A stretch of 63,672 bases of DNA, the filler included, from Octopus bimaculoides (taxonomy: Eukaryota), in the NCBI RefSeq assembly GCF_001194135.2. It is 3 parts of 3 records of this genome, joined end to end, with 100 filler letters (N's around TTAATTAATTAA, not from the genome) between each part and the next. Parts side by side here need not be neighbours in the genome. Positions count along the whole stretch, not along the records: positions 30,417 to 60,701 come from NC_069000.1; positions 60,802 to 63,672 come from NC_068983.1; 1 more part is not named here. One strand, given 5' to 3'. The translations under genes and the position numbers were made by a program. The notes under the pieces were generated by a model that saw only the letters and a list, made by a program, of their open reading frames with translations, did not search any database and was not told the DNA's origin. Numbering within the stretch: position 1 is the stretch's first letter; every line of letters begins with the position of its first letter. Of the stretch, positions 52,577-63,477 are shown piece after piece.

Positions 52577-52955
52577 TTACCTCCGCCTTAGCGAAGGTGG
52601 AAGTTTTGTTTTCAGTTGTGTTTGTTTGCTTGTTTGTTTGTCCATGGACAAGATATCTCAAGAACCGCTGGATGGATTCAGATGAAACTTTCAGGTATAT
52701 TTGGTCTCGTGATCAGCACGAACTGATTAGATTTGGGGATTGATCTGGTACCGGACAAGGATTCTGGATTTTTTTTACCTGTTTTTTTTTTTTTTACTTA
52801 ATTTTTGAGAGCGATCAGGTTCATTTTTAGTATTCTTGTTTGTGAAAGTAGTCAGGTTTATTTCAGATATTCTCATTTTAAAAATCATCTCCAGCTAATC
52901 GTTGAGAGGACATTGGTGTTGCCTTGGCAGAGGTTTGCACTCACTGAGTGCTCTT
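52577..52955 (+). mobile_element. Helentron-like non-autonomous element (HINE type), complete
   Basis: 5' palindrome acctccgcctt-agcg-aaggtggaagt, (tttg)n tract, 3' subterminal IR ccttggcagaggt and hairpin gcactc-act-gagtgc. Confidence 0.75.
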
Positions 52956-52960
52956 ATTAA

Positions 52961-53167
52961 TACTTCTGCCTTCACTAAAGCGGAGGTATTATTTTCAGTC
53001 ATGTTTGTTTGTTTGTCCATGGACAACAATTCTCAAGAACTGCTGAATGGATTCAGATGAAACTTTCAGGGATGTTTGGCTCATGACTGCCACAGTCTCA
53101 TTAGATTTTGGGATCGATCTGGTTCTGGACAAGGATTCTGGATTATTTTTCCGATTTTTTATTTACT
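52961..53167 (+). mobile_element. Second tandem HINE unit, 5' half
   Basis: Repeats the first ~220 bp of 52577-52955. Confidence 0.7.
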
Positions 53168-53432
53168 TTCACATAGTTCTTCTATACATATACATAGAGT
53201 AAAAGAGTAAAAAGAGTATGTACACACATATACTCACACATTTCCACTGTACACACACACACGCACACACACCTCACTTCTACACACACATATACTCATA
53301 TTTCAAATGCTGTTTATCAACTTTTACACTCCTTCCTTCATTATTCATCTATCACCCCTTCCTTTCTCATTCATATGAAGCTCTCTTTACTATTTATCTC
53401 CTTTACCTTCACCACTCACTCCAGCTCTGTTT

Positions 53433-53478
<46 letters not shown>

Positions 53479-53530
53479 NNNNNNNNNNTATATATATATA
53501 TATATATGTATGTATATATGTATATATATA

Positions 53531-54803
53531 CTAGCAGTATAACCCAACGTTGTCCGGGTGTGACTTATTACGCCATCTACGATAAGTCTTGCTAGCTGAA
53601 AATCAACGAAAAAAGAAAGCCTGAAAACGAAAAAACCCTTATGATGTAAATATGTTCATAATTCAAAGGACGATGAAATGAATAGGGAAAGTCTGAAGGC
53701 TGTTTTGCGTAACATTATTAAGCGTACGTAAATTTCATCCATCTCATTGGCTATACAAATGATTTGTGCAAAACAACTTTTTGCGCTGCCCTGATTATAC
53801 ATAGCAGGGTAATCCCTTTTCACAGGAGCTAGGATGGCAATTTCTGATGAAGCAATTGCTGGCGATCTGTTGCTAGACAGTTCTGCCAGAATTCTATCAA
53901 ATTGGGCAGTAGATGTTGATGCACCATTTTGCATTATGTTCAAAGTAGCTTCTGAAATGTGGTGAATTGCTGCAGTCTGTTGCTGTCTTTTTAAACCAGT
54001 TACTTTCTTTCCCCAGCAAACTCTCTTCTTTGGATGCCTAATCTATGTATATATTAAACAGAACAACAAAAGTTATAACAGATGGCAGGGTCGGTAGTTT
54101 TCACATTTCGGTAATTTCTCCAGTTAGCACCTGCACGATTACCTAACCCTAATCCTAAAACACTAAACCTAACCCTAATCCTAACCCTAACCCTAAGCCC
54201 TAACCCTAAACCCTAACCCTAAAACCCTAACCCTGACCCTAAAACCGTAACCATAACACTAACCCTAATCCTAACCCTAACCCTAACCCTAACCCTAAAA
54301 CCCTAACCCTGACCCTAAAATCCTAACCCTAACAAACTTGCAATGTGTTATCCTGTCTACATAAGCTCCATAGTTTGTATGTTTACAAAACATTGACGAA
54401 CATGAGTTATATTGTAATGAATACATGTGCGTGTGTATGCGTTTGAGAGAGCGAGTAAGGAAGAGAGAGAAGGGAATAGAGAATGGGAGCAATGAAGAGA
54501 GAGAAAGAGGAATGGAGAACAGAAGACAGTTATAAAATAGCAATGCGTGCGCGTGTTTATATAAGAAACACACACAAAGTAAATCTATAATGTTGATGTG
54601 TTTATGTGTATGTTGTTGTCACAGATCACGTATGTGTGGTTGTGTGTGTTTTTACGTTTCTATGTTATGAAAAATATGTTAGAGGTAGAGGGATAGAAGA
54701 AAGCTGTTAAATTGGAGAGAGGAAGAAGAACGAAGAGCGAAAAGGTAGATAAGGAGGAAAGAATAGTCTTAAACAAAGTTAATCTATGACTTTGTATGTA
54801 TCA

Positions 54804-54866
<63 letters not shown>

Positions 54867-55149
54867 TTTTACTCTTACTCTGTATATTATATGTTGATCG
54901 CATGATCAATGTGTAAGAATGCCGATACAGGTAGAAGGGAAGAAATATAAAAGTTGTTAGAAACAACAGCCAAATCTCCCTTAAATCACACAAAGTAAAC
55001 AGAATTTAAAAATCTAATTACTGCACTGGAAAGTTCACATCGAGAAAATTCCATTGATGTAAACATTTTTACGAAAAAGTGAAAAATGTGGATTTCTATA
55101 AACTTTAAAAAGGCTTCACAAAGATACACAACTTCAGCTTTATTATATA
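53531..55149 (-). mobile_element. Non-autonomous Helitron, copy A
   Basis: On the minus strand, the 3' CTAG at 53531 has a hairpin ACCCGG..TTGGGT 11 nt upstream and is followed by T. The 5' end resembles that of copy B. Confidence 0.8.
54142..54333. repeat. Degenerate telomeric (CCCTAA/TTAGGG)n array inside Helitron A
   Basis: About 30 units with CCCTAAAA, CCCTGA and TCCTAA variants. Confidence 0.92.
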
Positions 55150-56069
55150 CTAGCAGTATAACCCAACGTTGTCCGGGTGTGGCTTATTACACCATGTACA
55201 ATAAGTCTTGCTAGGTGAAAATCAACTAAAAAAGAAAGCCTTACAGTGAAAAAACCCTTATGATGTAAATATGTTCATAATTCAAAAGACGACGAAATTA
55301 ATAGGGAAATTAATAGGGCTGTTTTGCGTAACATTATTAAGTGTATGTAAATTTCATACGTCTAATTGGCTATACAAATGCTTGTGCAAAACAATTTTTT
55401 GTGCTGCTCTGATTATACATAGCCTAACACCCTAGTGAAAATCGTGGTATATTTTACCAAACATTGACAAACATGAGTTATATTGTAGTCAATGATTGTG
55501 TGTACAGATAGAAGGGAAGAAATATAAAAGTTGCTAGAAACAACAGCCAAATCACCCTTAAATCACACAAAGTAAATGGAATTTAAAATTTTTTACATCA
55601 ATGGAATTTTTTCGAAGTGAACTTTCCAGTGCAGTAATTATGCGCTCAATATATAATATAGAGAGTAAGAGTAAAAGAGGGAGAGGGAGAGAGAGAAAGT
55701 GATACATAAACCCTAACACTAACAGCCTAGTGAAAATCGTGGTATATTTACCAAACATTGACGAACATGAGTTATATTGTAGTGAATGTTTTGTGAGAGA
55801 GAAGAGGGAGAGAGAAAGAGGGGGAGAAAGGAATAGAGATGGTAGCAATGAAGAGAGAGAAAGAGAGAACGGAAGACAGTTATAAAATAGCAATGCATGC
55901 ACGTGTTTATATAAGAAACACAGAAACTAAATCTTATATCTATAATGTTGATGTGTGTTTATGTTTATGTTGTTGTCACAGATCACGTATGTGTGGTTTT
56001 TACGTATCTATGTTATGAAAAATAGGTAAAGAATACTGAGAGGAAAATTTATTCTATGACTTTGTATCA

Positions 56070-56123
<54 letters not shown>

Positions 56124-56424
56124 NNNNNNNNNNNNNNNNNNNNNNNNNNNTTACTCTCTATATTATATGTTGAGCGCATGTGTAAGAACGCCGTTCCAGG
56201 TAGAAGGGAAGAAATATAAAAGTTGCTAGAAACAACAGCCAAATCTCCCTTAAATCACACAAAGTAAACGGAATTTTAAAAAATCTAATTACTGCATTGG
56301 AACGTTCACATCGAGAAAATTCCATTGATGTAAAAATTTTTACGAAAAAGTGGAAAATGTGGATTTCTATACACTTTTAGAAAGGCTTCACACAGACATA
56401 CAACTTCAGCTTTATATACTAAGA
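55150..56424 (-). mobile_element. Non-autonomous Helitron, copy B (head-to-tail with A)
   Basis: 5' A|TC at 56425/56424. 3' CTAG at 55150-55153 with the same hairpin. Long shared blocks with copy A. Confidence 0.8.
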
Positions 56425-56643
56425 TAAGATAATATATATATATATACAGATATACATATATATACAAATATATAAAAAGACAATGCTCATTATTATATGA
56501 GAAGATTATACATACATTTTAACACTTTACAGTATACTTACACATATACATAATTCTATACATCGATCTAAAACAACAGGATTACTAAATGAAGAATGGA
56601 ATTTAAGAGAAGAGAAAACCAAAAGGTCTTATGATATTCATTG

Positions 56644-56750
56644 AAGGATTTTATTTCAGATATTCTCATTTTAAAAATCATCTCCAGTTAATCGTTGAGA
56701 GGATGTTGTTGTTGCGTCAGTGGAGGTTTGCACTCTCTGAGTGCTCTTTT
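56644..56750 (+). mobile_element. HINE 3' fragment
   Basis: Matches 52858-52955, including the terminal hairpin. Confidence 0.7.
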
Positions 56751-59700
56751 TATTATTTTCCAATTGATTTGTATTTTATTTCATCTTCCAACCAGGTCTC
56801 AACCAGAGACCTAAGGCACATATATATTAGATGGAGAGAAACTTTCCGAAGATGTGGGCCATTGATGTCAACACAAATTTTGAGTCTCACAGTTTGTTGG
56901 TTACCCAGGGATCTGGTCAAAAATTTGTCACTACCTTTCTTAACCATTCCCAGGACAGCCATAACAATAGGGAATAATTTTGGTTTTTAATTGACATGTC
57001 CTAGATATCTTAATCTCAAGGTCCTTTACATTTCAGTAGTTTTCAAATTCCTTTGCTGAGATGTTTCTATCAGAAGGCACTGTCATATCAATTAACAGGT
57101 ATATTTTTGTCTTGTCTTTGATGATATCAATCTGGCCTGTTAGCATTTATTTGCCTGTCTGTATGTATTCCATAATCCCATAGGATGGTAACATTCTCTT
57201 CTTCAGTGACTGGCTCTGGATGGTGTTCATACCATTCTTAGGGAGAAGGATATCATAGTGACAGCATATACTCCAGTGCTGATTTTATATTCTGTATGGG
57301 CAAGGACTGAGCAACTGGCAACCATGTGGTAAACACTCTCAAGTTTGTCATTGCAGACTCTACACTTTGTGTCTACATCATTGTGTGTGACATTAGCTTT
57401 ATAGTTCCGGGTGAGGAGACTCTGATCTTGTGTTACCAGGATAAATCCTTCTGTTTCAAACCAGTACTCTGCAGCCATTAATGGGTTCTTCTCATATCTA
57501 CATCAGCTTCCCCAGTTTATTTGGGCCCATGCAATGTTTTTTCTTGCCATGATCTCAATATTTCCTTCAAGCTTTCCTGTTTGGTTTCTGTTTTACACAT
57601 TTTTTCTGCCTAAGTGGGTGGTGTGCCCACTTTATCATCATCATAATCAATGAGATTAAGCTCACCCATGCATTTGTATGCCTCCTTTGAGATTAAAAGT
57701 TTCTTACTTTGTTCATGTTGCCTTACCAGCTGGATCATCCAGTTGGAGTTACTTTAGATGTACATTTGGAAACCTATTATGGGCATTTTACAGGTTGTTT
57801 CAAGTTGGATTAGGCACTTACTGCCTTCCTTTCATGAGAGATAGAGACTGTGAATGTTTGAATTTGGGTGGTGGATCCTGTTTAGTATCAGCAGTTTCCT
57901 GGTCTTTATGTCCATTGCTGGGGTTCACTCAGGTTCCAATTGATGACATCAAGGTTATACTGGACAACTGATATCACCAGGAATTTTATAGCTACAATTC
58001 TATTCTGTGAGTTCAGCTCAGAATTCAGAACCATTCTGACATGTCTATAATCCTCTTTCATTGATCCATGCTGAATCCCTTTGTGTACCCCTAGATACTT
58101 ATAAAAGCTTTCTTGATCCAGGTCCTTGATCAAGTTGGGTCAGTGTATTAGCTGTCAGTTTACCACATCTAAATGAAGTTTTGCACATTTGTCAAGGCCA
58201 AATTACATATTAATGCCATCACTGAATTTTTTAACAGTCATCTTTTGTGTATAATTTCAAATCAGCCATGTAGAACATGTGTGAGATGATATTATCAAAC
58301 ATTTTGTAACCATAATTTGTTCTATTCGGCTCATGGGACAAGGGAATGAGGGAAAGACAGAAGAGGAGAGGGGAGAATGAATATTCCACAATCTATTTTG
58401 GTGTTCTCTGATGCATACAAGCCTTTCTCATGATTGAGAAACAATTTTGTGTTCCACAGTCCCATACTGTGTTGTAGAAAACCTTTTACAAAAGGAGAGA
58501 TCTTGTATTTATTTAGTGCCCTTAAAATCCAGTTATGTGAGACACTGTCAAATGCCTTACAATAATCAATCCAAGCTGTGCTAAGATATCGTTTTTTTGG
58601 ATGAGCAATTTTCAAGTATCATATGGTTTATTAATAGCTGATCTTAACAGCTGTTTGAGTTTCTTTTACACCCTTTTTGTTCAAAGGGAAGAATGTTGTT
58701 TTGGTTGAAAAATTGGTGCATTCTTTTGAAGAGGATGGATGTAAGTATTTTGTTCATGGTAGTCAAACAAGTGATTGGCCTGTAGTTTTTTTTGATTTTT
58801 GTGCTGCTCATTTAAGGGGGTAGGTATGTTGTCCCTAATGTGAGCCAGCTTGGAGTCTTTTTGGGGTTTCTGATGATATTAGAGAAACATTCTGTTAACT
58901 GATAGTGAGAGGCTATTAAGCCAGAAGTTTGGGATTTTATCATGTCCAGAAGACTTCCACTTATGAGCTTTAGATAGAGCTTGAGTTAATTCCTTCATTG
59001 TAATATTGTGCAATCCCTGTTCCTTAGTCTCAGGCATTCTTTCTTCTCTCCCTACCCCTTCAGCTTCCTTGTTAAATTCCTTTCTACCACTTCATATGCT
59101 TTTCTAAACTGTCACTACTTCTTTAATATTTTACTTCAATTGACTATCTCCTTAACTGTTTGTGGAATTTCTTTGAATCAGTTTTAAATATCTTATTTTA
59201 TTTTGTCTGTAAAATTTGTTTCTCTTTTCATACCTACAAAAGTGTTGGGCCTTAACCTTCATTTTTTTGCTTAACCATCTCTTTTGCTCTCAGGACTTCA
59301 TTCATGTTTATCAGATTGTATTTTTGCTTTATCTTTCTAGCCCTTCTTGTTTTTACATTATTTCATTTAGAGAGTTCATCTAAGATTGATCATTCCTGTT
59401 AGAAGCTCTTGATTTCCTTATTTATGCACTTCTTCCATCTTCGGCGTCCATGTGCCTTTTTGTGAGGCTTTATCTTAACACCTATTTTCTTTGTGGCAGC
59501 AGTAACTGTTGATTAGATGAGATAGTTTAATGAGGTTAAATCTGTCTTGGTTTCAAGGAGAGCTGCTTCAGGACATGGTCATATATTTTGATTGTACAAG
59601 TGGTTTGATTTGGTGTTCTGACACTTTGGTAGTTGATCTCTCTCATTCATTTCTAGATGTTTAGATATACTTAACTCTCACGAAATCGTTTTTTGCCTCA

Positions 59701-59815
59701 AGAATTTTCTATTAACTTCAGCGAATGTGTCAGCAATTGCAGCTTCAGGTTTATTCCTACTTCTTGTTACTTCACTTTCAGTTTGGCCATCTACTACTTC
59801 GGGTTTTAAGTTACC
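56750..59815 (-). mobile_element. Decayed R4/Dong-like non-LTR retrotransposon (RT, CCHC finger, RLE)
   Basis: AWIDYCKAFDSVSHNWI, YKYLG, ETEGFILVTQDQSLLTRNY, CRVC...ESVYHMVASC, ILWDYGIHTDRQINANRPD...IDMTVP. A-rich 3' tail. Confidence 0.88.
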
Positions 59816-60115
59816 AACAGCTGTCTGAAGCAAAATGTTCAGCAAGTTCTGTCAAACTACTGTTATTGTGCCTGATGTCATATCTGTGCTCATAAATTTT
59901 TTTGTTTAGTTCTTCTTTTGTACAACCAACATAAATCAGGTTATGTTTCATGCATTCTGTCATGTACACTAAATGGGAATTTCTGAATGTCCCACCTCCT
60001 GCATAAAGCATAACATTTCTGTTATGATTCCTGTGAAATTCACTTGACTTATGTTGTACAATGAACAGAGCTTACCTTTCTTGCAGCTGTTTTTCAAGGT
60101 GCAGCATGCAGATTA
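59815..60115 (-). mobile_element. GIY-YIG endonuclease fragment with Cys-rich linker (Penelope-like)
   Basis: CCTLKNSCKKGKLC... then (frameshift) NSHLVYMTECMKHNLIYVGCTKEELNKKIYEHRYDIRH..TELAEHF. Confidence 0.75.
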
Positions 60116-60462
60116 CTCCATGTTAGTTTTCTTGGAGTTAGAAATAGTGGTCAATAATTCTTTTATTCTGTCTAAAGGCTACAATAAGCAGCTACAATAT
60201 TCTGTCTAAAGGCTACAATTTCTGTTCGAAATGAAGATATTTTTCCATAACATATTGGTAACTTTCATGCAACACTTTCGAAATGCCAGCAAAATTTCGG
60301 TGCTAGTTAATCACTAAAGGAATTCTATCACATTGTATTGTTTACTAAAATTATGCATGAATGTTTGACTTTCTTTGCTAATCTTAGCTATGTCATTTGT
60401 TATTTCCTTCAATCGTGATTCACTGTAACCATGTTTGACCAAATGGTGTACAAAAGCATTTG

Positions 60463-60701
60463 CATCATCATCATCATCATCATCGTTTAACGTCCGCTTT
60501 CCATGCTAGCATGGGTTGGACGATTTGACTGAGGACTGGTGAAACCGGATGGCAACACCAGGCTCCAGTCTGATTTGGCAGAGTTTCTACAGCTGGATGC
60601 CCTTCCTAACGCCAACCACTCAGAGAGTGTAGTGGGTGCTTTTACGTGTCACCCGCACGAAAACGGCCACGATCGAAATGGTGTCTTTTATGTGCCACCC
60701 G
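60463..60701 (-). mobile_element. RTE 3' tail copy
   Basis: Near-identical to 26128-26370. Confidence 0.9.
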
Positions 60702-60835
60702 NNNNNNNNNNNNNNNNNNNNNNNNNNNNNNNNNNNNNNNNNNNNTTAATTAATTAANNNNNNNNNNNNNNNNNNNNNNNNNNNNNNNNNNNNNNNNNNN
60801 NTATATATATATATGCATATATGTATATAAATTAT

Positions 60836-61000
60836 ATGGACTATTGTCGACAGAGCGTCATCATATTCATCCGGTGCCTCCAAATGTCAGCTCTGCCTCC
60901 GCGAAAACTGCCTTTCCTCCAACAACCTGCAGTAGCCATCCATAAGAAAAAAAATACCATATTTCTGCCATCCGAGGTATGGCCGTCTGTCAAATTGTAT
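60836..61000 (+). mobile_element. Naiad-type Penelope-like element, C-terminal (post GIY-YIG) fragment
   Basis: WTIVDRASSYSSGASKCQLCLRE...SIRKK..C.HPRY..LSN resembles the W.I...A..Y....K.C.LCL.EK...NKR.E....CRH motif. Confidence 0.65.
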
Positions 61001-61424
61001 GTTTCCAACCTCCGACAAATGCTATTTTGCACTGCCTGCACCAAAGTCACCTTCACCAAACACCACCATAAACATGAGCAGCAATTACCAATCCCCAACG
61101 CTTTTTATGCGCATGTATAGTCATCCATGTATGCGCGCAGGTTTATGGAGGTGCGTGCGTATACAAGTGCGCATCCTAAAATTCATGCGTACATGCATGC
61201 ATATAAAGATATGTACATATAAATGAATTCGTACGCGTGTGTGTGCGTGCATGTGTATATATGTGGGTGTATTGAAATGTATGTATGTGTGTGCAGTATT
61301 TTACAAGTAACTGTTGTCGCCAATATACCAGCACCAAACCACGAAACAGCGTGACTTTCCTCGACCAATTACAGCCCACCCTGCGGTTAACACAATCAAC
61401 GTCTCTCATTGAAATTCAAAATGG

Positions 61425-61463
61425 CTGAAGATAAGCATCATGCTTGAAACTTGGAGTACAACC
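61425..61463 (+). ncRNA. Minimal type-I hammerhead ribozyme-like motif
   Basis: CUGAAGA-U, stem II AAGCA/UGCUU, GAAAC, quasi-palindromic ACUUGGAGU, GUA. Stem I pairing is poor. Confidence 0.5.
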
Positions 61464-61537
61464 GAATTTGAACTGTTTTGATCCATATTGTAAGTCCCAA
61501 GAAAGTTGTTGAATGCCCTTTTGTTGANNNNNNNNNN

Positions 61538-61570
<33 letters not shown>

Positions 61571-61777
61571 TGTGTGTGTTTGTATGTCTGTGTTTGTCCC
61601 GCCCAACATCGCTTGATGTGGTGGTGTGTTTACGTCTCCGTTACTTAGCTGCTCGGCAAAAGAGACCGATAGAATAAGTACTAGGCTTCCAAAGAATAAA
61701 TCGATATGCTTGACTAAAGGCGGTGCTCTAGTATGGCCGCAGTCAAATGACTGAGTCAAATAAAAGCGTAAAAGAGT
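61538..61777 (+). mobile_element. tRNA-derived SINE, 3' half
   Basis: Same family as 11283-11713. Confidence 0.8.
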
Positions 61778-61974
61778 ATATATACACACACGTGCACACA
61801 CACACATATATTGGCATATACATGTATAAATCTATGTATTTGCATGTCATCCTTGTGCACGTATCATGCTAGTCATCTCTTCATCTTCCAATTTTAAAAT
61901 ATGTAATACCGTAGATACACTGTTGAATCGACAGTTATACAGGTAGTTTTTCTCTAGATATATGAATTCTTACA

Positions 61975-62018
61975 CCTAACCCTAACCCTAACCCTAACCC
62001 TAACCCTAACCCTAACCC
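61975..62018. repeat. Perfect interstitial (CCCTAA)~7 telomeric repeat
   Basis: Directly visible. Confidence 0.9.
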
Positions 62019-62877
62019 ATCAAATTACTCATGAGTATGTGTATATGCTGATATATGTGAACGCTTGTAATTCCAGTTTTTCTTCACAACTTACTGACAA
62101 ACAGGGGCGTCAAACTCTGAGGAACGGAGTTGTGANNNNNNNNNNNNNNNNNNNNNNNNNNNNNNNNNNNNNNNNNNNNNNNNNNNNNNNNNNNNNNNNN
62201 NNNNNNNNNNNNNNNNNNNNNNNNNNNNNNNNNNNNNNNNNNNNNNNNNNNNNNNNNNNNNNNNNNNNNNNNNNNNNNNNNNNNNNNNNNNNNNNNNNNN
62301 NNNNNNNNNNNNNNNNNNNNNNNNNNNNNNNNNNNNNNNNNNNNNNNNNNNNNNNNNNNNNNNNNNNNNNNNNNNNNNNNNNNNNNNNNNNNNNNNNNNN
62401 NNNNNNNNNNNNNNNNNNNNNNNNNNNNNNNNNNNNNNNNNNNNNNNNNNNNNNNNNNNNNNNNNNNNNNNNNNNNNNNNNNNNNNNNNNNNNNNNNNNN
62501 NNNNNNNNNNNNNNNNNNNNNNNNNNNNNNNNNNNNNNNNNNNNNNNNNNNNNNNNNNNNNNNNNNNNNNNNNNNNNNNNNNNNNNNNNNNNNNNNNNNN
62601 NNNNNNNNNNNNNNNNNNNNNNNNNNNNNNNNNNNNNNNNNNNNNNNNNNNNNNNNNNNNNNNNNNNNNNNNNNNNNNNNNNNNNNNNNNNNNNNNNNNN
62701 NNNNNNNNNNNNNNNNNNNNNNNNNNNNNNNNNNNNNNNNNNNNNNNNNNNNNNNNNNNNNNNNNNNNNNNNNNNNNNNNNNNNNNNNNNNNNNNNNNNN
62801 NNNNNNNNNNNNNNNNNNNNNNNNNNNNNNNNNNNNNNNNNNNNNNNNNNNNNNNNNNNNNNNNNNNNNNNNNNNNN

Positions 62878-62904
62878 GATAGATAGATAGATAGATAGAT
62901 AGAT

Positions 62905-62963
<59 letters not shown>

Positions 62964-62964
62964 T

Positions 62965-63017
<53 letters not shown>
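62878..63017. repeat. (GATA)n microsatellite
   Basis: Directly visible next to a gap. Confidence 0.95.
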
Positions 63018-63018
<1 letters not shown>

Positions 63019-63477
63019 GGGGTGATAAGTACATACATTGAGCAATTATATATTGAAACTTTCGCTGTCATTTCTACATCAGCTGTATTTACTTGCAGAT
63101 GAAGCAGAAGATTTCAGTATGGCGATTGAAAAACTGATGATGAATCAAGGAAATCACAGTTCCAAATAAGCTTGAAGAAGGAATTCATACATGTATAAGA
63201 TTCGACATTGATTATAAAGATAATGTCATGCATAACCCTCTTTTATAAACGGTATATGAGCCCGTATACACACAATTAGGTAATTATCCACTCACTCACG
63301 CATATATACGAATATTGCTATAGAAATAGAGGCATAAATCTAGGCAATAAATTGTTTGATTACCAAAGCAAGAGATTTAATCAATGAAGGTACATTGTGA
63401 CTTAAGATACAGAACTTTATACTTTTATATCTACGTCACTTAAAGGAACAAAGAAAAGTCTTAAAAGAACAAAGACT

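Noticed and set aside
34295-63071. Long ORF-track entries containing X runs
   Set aside because: Artefacts of translating N gaps and microsatellites.
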